Of a stretch of DNA of 64,000 nt, positions 1 through 10,482 are shown one piece after another. This DNA comes from Candidatus Bathyarchaeia archaeon (lineage in GTDB: Archaea; Thermoproteota; Bathyarchaeia; Bathyarchaeales; Bathycorpusculaceae), in NCBI GenBank assembly GCA_049515895.1, contig JBEKTQ010000002.1, positions 96,001 to 160,000 of the forward strand. Direction: 5' to 3'. The position numbers and the translations under genes were made by a program. The notes beneath the pieces are model-generated. The model saw only the letters and a list, made by a program, of their open reading frames with translations. It searched no databases and had not been told where the DNA came from. Numbering within the stretch: position 1 is the stretch's first letter; every line of letters starts with the position of its first letter.

Positions 1-2
1 CA

Positions 3-854
3 GGCGTTAAAAGCGACAGCGAAAAGTTTGCTGGAGCAGTTTACACCACATCGTTAGAAGCAATGATGCCGGACGGCAAAGCCTTGCAGATGGGAACAAG
101 CCACAACCTCGGGCAGAACTTCGGCAAAGTCTTCGACGTCAAATACATCGGCGAAGACAAGATGGACCATTATGTTTGGCAAACCAGTTGGGGGATCAGC
201 ACGCGGCTCATCGGAGCGATGGTTATGGTTCACGGCGACGACAAAGGATTAGTCTTTCCTCCTAAAGTGGCTCCGACTCAAGTCGTTGTTGTGCCCATTC
301 CTTTCAAGGGAGCCGAAGCTGCATTAGTATTGGCAAAGGCTAAATCGATTGCGGAAGATCTCAAGGTCAAGGGCTTTAGTGTCGTCCTTGACGATCGGGA
401 AGAGTATACGCCCGGTTGGAAGTTTAACCAGTGGGAACTCAAAGGCGTCCCAGTCAGAGTAGAGATTGGCCCGCGGGACCTCAAACAAGGGCAAGCAGTT
501 TTGGTGAGGCGGGACACTGGTCAAAAGGCGCCTGTTAAAGAAACAGATATCCCGGCAACCTTGGAGAAGCTTCTGCAAGATATTCAAGAAAACCTATTTG
601 CGAAGGCTAAAGCTTTGATGCAAAAGATGACCAGCACTGTTCAGAGCTACGAGGAGTTCAAAGAAATGCTTTGTGACAAAGGCGGCTTTTTGAAGGCGGC
701 TTGGTGCGGCAGCGCCGAATGTGAGGCTAAGATTAAGGACGAGACAGGCGCAACCATCAGAATTTTGCCATTCGGGAAAGAAGAGCCGAAAACTAACTGC
801 ATTTACTGTGGGCAGAAAGCCAAGGATACAGTGTATTTCGCACGCTCATACTGA
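3..854 (+). CDS. proS: Prolyl-tRNA synthetase (archaeal/eukaryotic type), 5' part outside window
   Basis: Frame open from position 3 (GVKSDSEKFAGAVYT); QMGTSHNLGQNF, WQTSWGISTRLIG, anticodon-binding domain and C-terminal Zn Cys pairs ending FARSY. Confidence 0.96.
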   Translation, partial: GVKSDSEKFAGAVYTTSLEAMMPDGKALQMGTSHNLGQNFGKVFDVKYIGEDKMDHYVWQTSWGISTRLIGAMVMVHGDDKGLVFPPKVAPTQVVVVPIPFKGAEAALVLAKAKSIAEDLKVKGFSVVLDDREEYTPGWKFNQWELKGVPVRVEIGPRDLKQGQAVLVRRDTGQKAPVKETDIPATLEKLLQDIQENLFAKAKALMQKMTSTVQSYEEFKEMLCDKGGFLKAAWCGSAECEAKIKDETGATIRILPFGKEEPKTNCIYCGQKAKDTVYFARSY

Positions 855-867
855 TCAAGGACTCCGC

Positions 868-2700
868 TTAATCGACTTGTGCTTCGAGCTGTTTAGCTTC
901 TTGGTCCAAACCCAAGCGCTCCAAAGTGGACCGCGTTGGAACACCTTCCGCATCCCACCCTTTTTTCGCATAATAAGCGTTGAGCATTTCATTATACTTG
1001 TCCAAATCAAGCATCGAGCCTTTTATCACCCCCTCAGTTAACGGCTCACTAAACCACCTCATCGGTGGGACATCAAGGCTTCTGCCCCAATTTTTCGCAT
1101 ATTCACGAACCCAAAAGGCACGTATCAGAGTCAGAATTCTCTCGCTGATTAAATTCAGCTGCTCCAAGGAAAAATCCTTGCCCGTCGCCGCCTTCAAGTA
1201 TCTTTGGTACCAGTCAAGTTCAAAACCAAGCGAGTTATATGGAAAGCGACAGACTGTCAAGGCTTCAAAGAGACCCCCGCGGATAAGCTGGGTTTCGATG
1301 AGATGATCAACTTTCACATGGTCATAGCTTGCTCTGCCAACCTTTATCTCCCAAGTTATTACCCAAGCATCCTTATGATGGGCGCCAATCGAATTGGTCC
1401 CGTAAGCTAAAGCCATGCCGGGCGCGAGATGGCAGTCATAAGCCGAAACTTCCAAGCCCTTAACCTGCATAGCCCAATCGTTCGAGCCGCTGCCAACCGT
1501 TTTGGAGGCAGCCCTCACTCCTTCAGCCAAGACCACGCCTAAACCGTGCCTGTAGGCAACATCATTTATTAGTTCTTTGATTTTTTCAAAGTCGCCCCAA
1601 CGGATCTTCTCCTTAATGAGACCTTTCTCAGAGGCTTCCATGGCAAATCCTACCACGTTCCCAAGGGAGATGCTGTCCAACCCGAACTCGTCAGCCATAC
1701 GGTTCAAAGTTGAGATTTGAGCAAGATTTCCCAGTCCAATGTTTGAACCCAACATAACGACGTTTTCATAATCCAACTCTGAATCTTTTCCTTCGCTGTC
1801 TTTGACAACGTTGCCACATGTCATGTTGCACTGTGGACAACCACGATTTGAAACCTTTATTTTTTCCATAGCGAACCCACCGATGTCGTCAGCTTTATCG
1901 AAAACGGCTTCCCTGTAATTTTGGGTTGGAAGTGCGCTATTCTCTTGTGACCACTCTACCGTTGACATGGTTCCCTGCCGCTTCCAAAAAGGGTATAATG
2001 GTTTAGAGAGAACTTCGCGATACCCGTCAGCCGATAGCTTCTTCATGCCCTCCGGGTCTGCCAACGGTATATGCCCTGTGCCTTCAATTACAATGGCCTT
2101 CAATTTTTTGGAGCCCATGACAGCGCCCATTCCTGGTCGCCCGCCAGACCGTCCCCCCTGGGAAACAACGGTAGCGAACTTTACCTGGTTCTCTCCGCCT
2201 TGTCCAATCGAAACTATGCCTGCCGTTCGCCCATAGGTTTTTCTCAATTGCTCTTCTGCTTCAAATGAGCTTAAGCCCCAAAGGTCGCCGGCGTCAAGAA
2301 ACTCGACTGTTCTGTCTTTAATGTGAGCAACGACTGGTTTTTCGGCTTTACCTTCAATGATGAGCGCGTCGTAACCTGCTTTACGCATGTGAAGGGCTGC
2401 CCAGCTTCCAGTGTTACCATCCCCATAACCGCCGGTTAAAGGGCTTTTCGACGCAACCACAAGCTTGCCGCTGTTAGGTAAACCAATGCCAGTTAGTGGT
2501 CCAGTGGCGAAAACGAGTTTGTTTTCGGACGAGAGAGGATCAGTTCCCTGTTTGAGCCTATCCCAGAGGATTTTGACCGCGATGCCTCGACCGCCCAGAA
2601 AATTAAAAGCTAGAGCTTCATCATATTGCTCGGGAATGGCCTTAGTTTTGGTTAGATCTATGTTTAGAAAGAGCCCTGTCCAGCCAAACATGTTTGTCAA
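868..2700 (-). CDS. aor: Tungsten-type aldehyde:ferredoxin oxidoreductase family protein
   Basis: KSPLTGGYGD, GRPGMGAVMGSKKLKAI, CPQCNMTC cluster motif, DEFGLDSIS, C-terminal GWDAEGVP. Confidence 0.92.
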   Translation of the reverse strand: MTNMFGWTGLFLNIDLTKTKAIPEQYDEALAFNFLGGRGIAVKILWDRLKQGTDPLSSENKLVFATGPLTGIGLPNSGKLVVASKSPLTGGYGDGNTGSWAALHMRKAGYDALIIEGKAEKPVVAHIKDRTVEFLDAGDLWGLSSFEAEEQLRKTYGRTAGIVSIGQGGENQVKFATVVSQGGRSGGRPGMGAVMGSKKLKAIVIEGTGHIPLADPEGMKKLSADGYREVLSKPLYPFWKRQGTMSTVEWSQENSALPTQNYREAVFDKADDIGGFAMEKIKVSNRGCPQCNMTCGNVVKDSEGKDSELDYENVVMLGSNIGLGNLAQISTLNRMADEFGLDSISLGNVVGFAMEASEKGLIKEKIRWGDFEKIKELINDVAYRHGLGVVLAEGVRAASKTVGSGSNDWAMQVKGLEVSAYDCHLAPGMALAYGTNSIGAHHKDAWVITWEIKVGRASYDHVKVDHLIETQLIRGGLFEALTVCRFPYNSLGFELDWYQRYLKAATGKDFSLEQLNLISERILTLIRAFWVREYAKNWGRSLDVPPMRWFSEPLTEGVIKGSMLDLDKYNEMLNAYYAKKGWDAEGVPTRSTLERLGLDQEAKQLEAQVD

Positions 2701-3025
2701 CAGAAGTCACTGAATATTCAAGGTGAAATCATGCATAAAAATATGTTCAATAAGTGTGCTAGTTGCTGAGCAGGAAATGAAAAAAGAATGGAATAGAAAG
2801 AGTGCCGCATTATTACGAGCGGAATGAGTACTGGCAGGATTCTTTGCACTTTTGCGTTGTATGATTTCTGAGTCAAACCAGCCTCAGCTTTCAATGGAGC
2901 CCAGGCAGTTTGAAAATTTTGAGCTAAATTGAATTTGATCATGAAAAGATAGTTTTAAGTCTTTGCATCATTCTTAGGAACCTTTATTTTTTCCTTCGCA
3001 AGTGTTTGGGTGACAGGTAACTTAA

Positions 3026-4237
3026 ATGGGCGTCAAAGTGACAAATAGAGCGTCAAACATTGAGTATGCCATAAGGGACGTAATAGAGCACACTACGCAA
3101 CTGGTAAAAGACGGCAGAAAAATCTATTACTTAAACATCGGCGACCCGGCAGCCTTCGATTTCAAAACTCCACAAAACGTTAAAGACGCCTTGTGTGCGG
3201 CAGTACAAGGAGACGATAATTACTATTCGCCTTCCGAAGGAAGGCTTGACCTTAGGGAAGCCATCGTTAGAAAAGAGAAAAAAGTCAACAACGTACACAT
3301 CGCGGCAGATAATGTGCTGATAACCGAGGGCATTTCTGAAGGAATCCAGATGATTCTCGGAGCATTAGTTGAAAAAGGTGATGAAATCCTATTTCCTGGC
3401 CCAACCTACCCGCCCTACATTTCCTACACAAGATTCTTTGATGGCATCCCTATCTCGTACGAGACAATCGAAACAGAATGTTGGCATCCCAACATCGATG
3501 ATCTGCGGAAAAAAATAAGCAAAAAAACACGCGCAATCGTAATAATTAATCCCAACAACCCCACGGGCTCAGTATACGACAGGAAAATGGTCAAGGAAAT
3601 TTTGGATATCGCGGGCGAACATGACTTGCCTGTCCTATCGGATGAAATTTACGACCAGCTAACTTATGAGAAAGAATTCGTCAGCGCAGCCTATCTCTCA
3701 AAAGATGTGCCTGTTGTTGGGTTGAACGGGTTCTCCAAAGTTTACCAAATGACAGGCTTACGCTTAGGCTATATGTACTTTAAAGGTGAAGGCAGAAAAC
3801 TCGAATCACTCAAAGAAGGCGTTGAGAAGGAGTGCAGAATCCGCATATGTGCCAACACGCCAGTGCAGATAGCTGCGACAGCCGCGCTTAACGGACCGCA
3901 GGATTTGGTAAAAGACACAGTTGAGCGACTGAGGCAACGAAGAGACTTCGCGTGGAAACGCCTCAACGAAATCGAAGGCATAAGCACAACCAAGCCTGAA
4001 GGAGCATTCTACATATTCCCAAAAATCCAAGGAATAGGCACAACCTGGAAAACCGACATGGATTTCGTCGTCGACTTGCTCAAGGAGACAGGCGTGCTAA
4101 CCGTTAACGGCTCAGGCTTTGACCCTGTCTACGGCAAAGGACACGCCAGGGCTGTTTTCCTGCCGCCGATAGCAGAACTGGAGGAAGCCTTCAACGCGCT
4201 AGAAGAGTTCATGAAGAAAAACAAAAGCAACAAATAA
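3026..4237 (+). CDS. PLP-dependent class I/II aminotransferase (AlaA/alanine aminotransferase-like)
   Basis: LNIGDP, INPNNPTG, SDEIY, GFSK(PLP Lys)VYQMTGLRLGY. Confidence 0.9.
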   Translation: MGVKVTNRASNIEYAIRDVIEHTTQLVKDGRKIYYLNIGDPAAFDFKTPQNVKDALCAAVQGDDNYYSPSEGRLDLREAIVRKEKKVNNVHIAADNVLITEGISEGIQMILGALVEKGDEILFPGPTYPPYISYTRFFDGIPISYETIETECWHPNIDDLRKKISKKTRAIVIINPNNPTGSVYDRKMVKEILDIAGEHDLPVLSDEIYDQLTYEKEFVSAAYLSKDVPVVGLNGFSKVYQMTGLRLGYMYFKGEGRKLESLKEGVEKECRIRICANTPVQIAATAALNGPQDLVKDTVERLRQRRDFAWKRLNEIEGISTTKPEGAFYIFPKIQGIGTTWKTDMDFVVDLLKETGVLTVNGSGFDPVYGKGHARAVFLPPIAELEEAFNALEEFMKKNKSNK

Positions 4238-4305
4238 GTAACGCGACGAAGCAGCAAGCTCCTATTTACAGCTACAAAAACAAAAGAAAACAAACGAAAA
4301 AGAAA

Positions 4306-5199
4306 TCAGACTTTTACGCCTTGTGTTGGGTCTTCGATTACTTTTTGGAATTCAGCCATCAACCTCTTCGTCAGAGGTCCTGGTTTGCCTGTGCCGATTT
4401 GCCTCTTGTTGACTTCTCGTATTGGCACCATCTCCATTGCTGTTCCAGTGAAGAAAGCTTCGTCAGCGGTAAATATCATAAAGGGCGTCAAGTTTGTCAC
4501 CATCAATTCTATGCCAAGTTTAGCGGCGAGTTGAGTTACCACTTCGGCCGTGATTCCTGCGAGTGCTCCAGTCGAAGTGGGTGGTGTCAAGAGCTCCCCG
4601 TTTTTGACGATGAACACATTTTCGCCTACGCCTTCAGCTATGCAGCCGTTGCTTTCGAGGCAGAGGGCTTCGTCTACGCCGCATGCGTTGGCTTCAATTT
4701 TTGCGAGGATGCTATTCAGGTAGTTGAGGGATTTTATTTCCGTTGAGGTCGAATCCACTGTGTTTCGTCTTACCCAAGAGAACATGGCTGTTATACCTGT
4801 TTCTTTGGCATTGCCAGCTCGGATAGAGATAGTATCGGTGATAACTATGACCGTCGGGTTGAGGCATTTACGCGGGTCCAGGCCTAAGTCTCCCACGCCT
4901 CTGCTGACAACTAAGCGTATGTAGGAGTCTTTCATCTTGTTTTTTCTCAATGTTTCAACAACGGCTTTAGCCATTTCTTCTTTTGTTAACGGTATTTTCA
5001 AAGTTATTGCGTGTGCCGAACGATAAAGCCGGTCAATATGTTCTTTCAGCTTAAAGACTACGCCGTTGTATTCGCGGATTCCCTCGAAAACTCCGTCGCC
5101 GTACAAGAACCCGTGGTCAAATACAGATATTCTAGCCTGTGATTTAGGGAAGTATTGGCCGTCTATGTAGACTAGTAATTCACCGCTCAATTGCCTCAC
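4306..5199 (-). CDS. ilvE: Branched-chain amino acid aminotransferase
   Basis: DHGFLYGDGVFEGIR, KSLNY, LAGIT, ADEAFFTGTA. Confidence 0.95.
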   Translation of the reverse strand: MRQLSGELLVYIDGQYFPKSQARISVFDHGFLYGDGVFEGIREYNGVVFKLKEHIDRLYRSAHAITLKIPLTKEEMAKAVVETLRKNKMKDSYIRLVVSRGVGDLGLDPRKCLNPTVIVITDTISIRAGNAKETGITAMFSWVRRNTVDSTSTEIKSLNYLNSILAKIEANACGVDEALCLESNGCIAEGVGENVFIVKNGELLTPPTSTGALAGITAEVVTQLAAKLGIELMVTNLTPFMIFTADEAFFTGTAMEMVPIREVNKRQIGTGKPGPLTKRLMAEFQKVIEDPTQGVKV

Positions 5200-5271
5200 T
5201 CTTCAACTGGATGTTTCATATTATTCGATTGTTTGATATAGTTTATGCAGATGATACGCATATTTCATTTA

Positions 5272-7170
5272 TCAACCGTGGAACTGTGGCCTCTTGGAAA
5301 GGTAAATTGGCAAGGGCAAAGGCTTGAAGGGTTTACCCACGATCTTCTCGGAGACCTTGGCAATCAACTCGTCGACAGTCATGTTTTGCTGCTGGCCCTT
5401 GAGCCCCCGTTCTCTGACAGATAGGCTTCCAGACTCGATTTCTTTTTCGCCGACGACAATTATGTATGGCACCCACTCCTGCTCACCTTCACGGATCTTT
5501 TTTTGTAATGTGGATGCGCTGTCGTCTATGTCTACGCGGATGCAATGTGAAGCGATCTGCTTCGCGAGCTCTTCCACTCTATCTAGGTACTTGTCAGATA
5601 TCGGGATAAGTCTCACTTGAGTCGGAGAAAGCCACATTGGCAGCATTGGGGCTTTGCCAGTTATTTGTTCGCGGTATGCCTTCTCCAGCAACGCGTAAAT
5701 GTCCCGTTCGATGGCTCCGCTTGGTGAGCAATGCAGAATGAGTGGGTACTGTTTTTCGCCTTTCTCGTCAACATAGGTTATTTCGTAACGTTTAGCGTTT
5801 TCAACGTCGATTTGGTCGGTGCTCAACGCTGCCGCTTTGTCTTGGTTATCCACGAAGTTGAGGTCCCATTTAAGCACGAAGTAGAAGAACCGCTCGTTCC
5901 ATACTTCAGCCAGCATAGGCTTGCCAAATGCCCCCACTATTTCAGTAATGAATTCTTTATGCTCATCGTAGAAGCTTCTAGTGAAACGCATAGCAATTTC
6001 ATAATCATCCCTTACGAATCCGATGTCTTTCAGAACATCGATACAAAGATTAAAGCGAACCATGAACTCTTTCTTAGCCTGGTCCAAGTCAGCGCACAAT
6101 GCGTGACAGTCAGGCATCGTAAATGCTCTTAGCCGTTTTAAACCGACGACTTCGCCGCTTTTCTCGCGCCTGAAACTATAACGCGTCAACTCATAGAGCT
6201 TTATTGGCAACTGTTTGTAGCTTATTTGGGCGTCATGTGCCATGAGGAATTGCCCAAAGCACGCTGCAAACCTCAAGAAAAGCTCTTTGTCTTCAGATTT
6301 AAGTGTGTACTGTCGCGCTGGGAAACGGTTGAGGTAGCTGGCTAAGCTCGGATGGTTGAAGTCGTACATGATGGGGGTTTCAACTTCCATGCCGCCGTAA
6401 GCAGCTACCCGCTCGGAAACATACTGCTCCAGCAATGATTTGATCATTCGTCCTTTGGGATACCAACGGATGTTTCCAGGATCACTTCCCGGCTCATAAT
6501 CTGCAATCTCCAGCCTTTTCATCAAGGTTACATGGGGAGGCATCACAGTCACCGCCCTAGCCTTCTTGATCTCGTACTGCGAGAACTTTTGCAGGTTTAC
6601 GTGTCCTTTGAACTTGAACTCCTCGATAGGCACCAATGAACCGTCGGGCATCAGGACATGCCAGAATGACTTCATCTTCTCCTCGGCTTTGAGCGCCGTT
6701 GAAACTGGCTCTTCCTCTTTTTTACAAATCGCCTCAGCCTTACCCTCAGCTGCAACCTGGGTGGGCGCGTAACTGCGTGCCTGTTCAGCAAGCGGGTGGC
6801 CCTTGATAGAGATAGTAAATTGCTTATTCCATCCGAAAGGAGCTCTATAAGTCTCAATGCCTTTCTCTTTTGCGTATGTTTCCATGTCCTTTATGATCTT
6901 AAGAGCTTGGCTTGGATTGCTTAGATTGCTGCTCAAATGAGCGAAGGGATAAATGAGAATTCGATTGGTTTTTTGTTTACCTAAAAAGGCGCGAACGTCA
7001 TCAATGGCCTTCTTAGCAGTTTCCCCGTTGTCGCCTTCTTCCACCGCTGTAAAAAGCACCACGATCTCTTCAAAGCGATTTTCTTTTTGCTCCGCCTCTT
7101 CAGCAATGGCGATTTCTTTTTGGATTGGTTTGAAAACTATAAAGTCAGAATGCAACTGAAGTATTCGCAT
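5272..7170 (-). CDS. thrS: Threonyl-tRNA synthetase, archaeal type with N-terminal editing domain
   Basis: Probable start at ATG 7170 (MRILQLHSD); YPFAHLSS, RAPFGWNK, LRFAACFGQF, RLRAFTMPDCH, LHCSPSGAIER. Confidence 0.96.
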   Translation of the reverse strand: MRILQLHSDFIVFKPIQKEIAIAEEAEQKENRFEEIVVLFTAVEEGDNGETAKKAIDDVRAFLGKQKTNRILIYPFAHLSSNLSNPSQALKIIKDMETYAKEKGIETYRAPFGWNKQFTISIKGHPLAEQARSYAPTQVAAEGKAEAICKKEEEPVSTALKAEEKMKSFWHVLMPDGSLVPIEEFKFKGHVNLQKFSQYEIKKARAVTVMPPHVTLMKRLEIADYEPGSDPGNIRWYPKGRMIKSLLEQYVSERVAAYGGMEVETPIMYDFNHPSLASYLNRFPARQYTLKSEDKELFLRFAACFGQFLMAHDAQISYKQLPIKLYELTRYSFRREKSGEVVGLKRLRAFTMPDCHALCADLDQAKKEFMVRFNLCIDVLKDIGFVRDDYEIAMRFTRSFYDEHKEFITEIVGAFGKPMLAEVWNERFFYFVLKWDLNFVDNQDKAAALSTDQIDVENAKRYEITYVDEKGEKQYPLILHCSPSGAIERDIYALLEKAYREQITGKAPMLPMWLSPTQVRLIPISDKYLDRVEELAKQIASHCIRVDIDDSASTLQKKIREGEQEWVPYIIVVGEKEIESGSLSVRERGLKGQQQNMTVDELIAKVSEKIVGKPFKPLPLPIYLSKRPQFHG

Positions 7171-7184
7171 GGCAACCCACTCTC

Positions 7185-7394
7185 TTAGTGACCCCAACGC
7201 CACCTGTCAAGTGTCTTATCCTTTTTAGTCTTTTTCTTATATTCTTTATAGTGTTCTTTGCAGACAAAAGCGCGTTTTTCTTTGCTGCTAACACTTAAGC
7301 CAGCAGCCTTGACTTTGTCAGATGAGATGGAACGGGCAGCCTCTCTAGTGCAACCTGAAACGCTACATTTTACCCCTTTTTCTATGCGACCCAC
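7185..7394 (-). CDS. Small basic Zn-finger-like hypothetical protein
   Basis: GTG start; CSVSGC...CKEH and Lys-rich tail; closely packed with pfkB and thrS. Confidence 0.75.
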   Translation of the reverse strand: MGRIEKGVKCSVSGCTREAARSISSDKVKAAGLSVSSKEKRAFVCKEHYKEYKKKTKKDKTLDRWRWGH

Positions 7395-7436
7395 GGTCAA
7401 AGCCTCATGCACAATATTTTTGTTCAGTAATGCACG

Positions 7437-8360
7437 CTATTGCTTAAGTTCCTTTTCGTACAAAACCTTGGCTCTTTGGTAAATTTCCTCTTTCTTGCCA
7501 AAGTAAGTGGGACCGATTCCTTCGACAACAAACGAAGCAGCGGCTGAACCAACACAGGCGCACCATATTAACTCCTTCTGCCGTAGGTACTCAGTTAAGA
7601 AACCGCCGATGAAGACGTCCCCTGCACCTGTTGGGTCGACCAGAACTTGTGAAGGGCAAGCTGCAATATTGAACTGAGCGCCTTCGATGGAGAGCATTGA
7701 GCCTTTAGTTCCCAACGTGACAATAACGGTTCCTACACCGAAGTCGTGAACAGCCTTGATTGCCGCTTTAAGGTCAGATTGACCAGTTAAAGCTAAGATT
7801 TCGGTTTGTGAGGATTTGTAAATGTTGATTAAGCTTAGAATTCGTTTGTCAACTGAAGCGTTTTCTGTAACGTTTCCGGCTTCGTCGAAGCTTCGTAGCA
7901 AACCCTGAGGGTCCAGCGACAAGACGTTTGAACATTGTTTGAGGCGTTCGATTACTTCGAAGGATACTTCGTTGGCGATGGGCGCAATATGAACCGATTT
8001 AGCCTTCAAATACTCCGGCAAATCAGTCAACTCTATTGGTGGGCCCTTTCCCTTCAAGTTCAGTTTTCTCTCCGACAAGTCTGCACTGTAAACTAGCTCA
8101 AAGCTTGTTGAAGGTTGGTCTGCCTTTTTTACTACGCCTGAAAGGTCTATGCCTTCCTGCCTCAGCCACCATAGGTAAGCTTCTGGAAAATTTCCGCCGA
8201 CTTTAGAGATTACTGAAGCGGTTGCATCCAATCGCTTAGCGGAAAGTGAAGTGTATGCTGCAGCGCCTCCCAAAACAGTAAAGGGAGCAGTTCTGCTGGG
8301 GAGCAAAATTCTGTCGATGGATAAATGACCAATAACTAATACATCGACGTTTTGAAGCAC
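7437..8360 (-). CDS. PfkB/ribokinase-family carbohydrate or nucleoside kinase
   Basis: GGAAAY, LDPQG, VTLGTKG, DPTGAGDVF signature. Confidence 0.92.
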   Translation of the reverse strand: MLQNVDVLVIGHLSIDRILLPSRTAPFTVLGGAAAYTSLSAKRLDATASVISKVGGNFPEAYLWWLRQEGIDLSGVVKKADQPSTSFELVYSADLSERKLNLKGKGPPIELTDLPEYLKAKSVHIAPIANEVSFEVIERLKQCSNVLSLDPQGLLRSFDEAGNVTENASVDKRILSLINIYKSSQTEILALTGQSDLKAAIKAVHDFGVGTVIVTLGTKGSMLSIEGAQFNIAACPSQVLVDPTGAGDVFIGGFLTEYLRQKELIWCACVGSAAASFVVEGIGPTYFGKKEEIYQRAKVLYEKELKQ

Positions 8361-8417
8361 TGCCCAGCCCCCTTCAAGTTACTATGTGGTCACCCAAGAT
8401 ATAAATAACTTTTACAG

Positions 8418-8783
8418 CTAAGATTGAAGTAGCAGTATAGCTTTCGCCAAATCACCCTGGCATTCCTCAAGCGCTTCTTTCGCCTTTTCTAAGTTTTTGC
8501 CAGTTTGATCCGCCACCAGCCTGACATCTTCTTCAGAAAACGTCGGCTGAACCGCTTTTGCCGTTTGACGTTGAGAGGGGGCTTGCTCTGAAACTTCGCC
8601 GCCTATGACCTGATACATTTTTTGGCCTTGCACCTGTAAAATAGCCACTTGAGGCTCGTCGATGACAATGTCTTTCGTGTTTGTTCTGATTATGACTTGC
8701 TGAACATCTGGGACAGTATCCATGTTCATGCCCATTCGTTGCATCATGCGTCTTTGCTCTCTGGGATTCATGCGCTTGTTCAC
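8418..8783 (-). CDS. nac: Nascent polypeptide-associated complex protein
   Basis: MNPREQRRMMQRMG, NAC barrel, C-terminal UBA-like EEDVRLVADQTG...GDLAKAIL. Confidence 0.93.
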   Translation of the reverse strand: MNKRMNPREQRRMMQRMGMNMDTVPDVQQVIIRTNTKDIVIDEPQVAILQVQGQKMYQVIGGEVSEQAPSQRQTAKAVQPTFSEEDVRLVADQTGKNLEKAKEALEECQGDLAKAILLLQS

Positions 8784-8955
8784 TGATTTTCACTTCCAAG
8801 AAGTATCTGCAGTAGAACTTGATATAAACTTTAACTTTTCACTTCAGCTGCTTTAAGATAACTTCACCTGAATCCGTTTTTTGAGCAAGATTAAAAAATG
8901 AATTCGGAGAAAATACTGTGGGAAAGGGCATAGAGGATAGAAGAGGAAATTTTGA

Positions 8956-10449
8956 ATGGTTACGGAGAAGGTTGTAAGTAGAAAATATGCTTTGGCATTC
9001 GGGGTTTTGTGTGTGGTTCTAATGGTTATTGTCGGTGGAGTATTGCAATTGCAAATTGCTAATCTTCAAAGCCAGCTTTCTTCGGATAAATCTGCAACCA
9101 ATTCTATGAAATCAACAATAGCAAAAATGAACGCGACAATAACAAACTTGGAAGGACAACTTTCGTTAGACCCGAACAGGATCATTAACGGGTTTAGCAT
9201 AATCCAGATCACAGACACTCAATACTTGAGCGATACGCATTCAACATTATACGACGGGTTAACCAGTTGGATTGCAGAAAAAGCAAACGCGTTGAATCTC
9301 ACTATGGTTGTTCACACAGGCGATATTGTCCAAGTCCCAAATTCTACTATTGATTGGCAAAACGCCAGCAACGCAATGATGACACTTTTCAATAATGGAA
9401 TCCCTTACTGTTGGAATGCCGGAAACCATGACCAGATTGACGGTAACGGAACAGCGGGAAGCGGAAATCCCAACGGCTCATGGATCGGAGGAAATTACCC
9501 CGCATTTAGCGTTACAACCATGAGGCATAGGCCTTACTGGGTCGGAGATATCTTTGGCGGCAAAAACACAGCTGCACAATTCACTTATGGAAACTATCAT
9601 TTTATGATCATTAACATTGAGTACAACGCAAACCAAGCAGTATTGGATTGGATGCAAACTATTATCAAAGCCAACCCAAACGTAAACGTGATCGTAGCAG
9701 CACATGATTTTCTTAATGGAGTAGGAAATTATGGTACCTCAAAGTCGGCCGATAAAACCTGGGCTACCAACTTTGAAAAGTTACTGGGCAACTATCCAAA
9801 CGTGTTCATGACCCTAAACGGGCACGCAGCACAGCAGGGTATGGGTACGGCGTTCAATAAGAAAGTAGGGAACAGAGAAGAGGTTTTCTTCAACAGACAA
9901 ATGTTAGTTAACGACCAAGGCGCCGCATGCGCGAGAATCTACACTTTCGAAATAAGCAATCCAGCAAGCGCAACTGTAAACGTTTACACTTATCAGACCT
10001 TCAACACGCCTAATTACATAACTGACCCGCTAAATCAGTTCAATTTCAACACCAATCTGAAAGCCTACTGGCCTTCAACCGTCAACGTTGCAAAGGGTAC
10101 TGATTTCTTAGAGGCAAGCGGCTGCAAAGTTGACTTTGCATCGTCAGCAGCAATGAACGGCTTCAGCCAGAACGGTAACTCGCTCACGTTTAACGGTTTG
10201 AATTTGAACGGAGCCAATTCAAACTTCACGTTTACTACGCTCGGCGCTGACGTCACAATAAGCAAATATGACGTTACAAGCGGAATAAGCTATACGGTAA
10301 GTGGAATCGGGAGCCAAACTTTTTCGCTAAACAATGCTCCAGTTTCAGTTGATATAGACGGCCGACCGGCATCCAAAGGATGGACCTACTCGAAAGGAGA
10401 AGTCGCGGTCACAGGCGCTACCTCTTCAGTTGTGGTAAACTTGCATTGA
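8956..10449 (+). CDS. Membrane-anchored calcineurin-like metallophosphoesterase with beta-rich C-terminal domain
   Basis: N-terminal TM and coiled coil; DTQY, HTGDIV, GNHD, AHDFL, LNGH metal motifs. Confidence 0.85.
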   Translation: MVTEKVVSRKYALAFGVLCVVLMVIVGGVLQLQIANLQSQLSSDKSATNSMKSTIAKMNATITNLEGQLSLDPNRIINGFSIIQITDTQYLSDTHSTLYDGLTSWIAEKANALNLTMVVHTGDIVQVPNSTIDWQNASNAMMTLFNNGIPYCWNAGNHDQIDGNGTAGSGNPNGSWIGGNYPAFSVTTMRHRPYWVGDIFGGKNTAAQFTYGNYHFMIINIEYNANQAVLDWMQTIIKANPNVNVIVAAHDFLNGVGNYGTSKSADKTWATNFEKLLGNYPNVFMTLNGHAAQQGMGTAFNKKVGNREEVFFNRQMLVNDQGAACARIYTFEISNPASATVNVYTYQTFNTPNYITDPLNQFNFNTNLKAYWPSTVNVAKGTDFLEASGCKVDFASSAAMNGFSQNGNSLTFNGLNLNGANSNFTFTTLGADVTISKYDVTSGISYTVSGIGSQTFSLNNAPVSVDIDGRPASKGWTYSKGEVAVTGATSSVVVNLH

Positions 10450-10482
10450 ACCTTGTGTAAGTGTATTTTACTCTAAGAAAAG

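Noticed and set aside
2718-2942. 74-aa ORF between the divergent aor and aminotransferase genes
   Set aside because: Lies in a promoter region and has no recognisable motif
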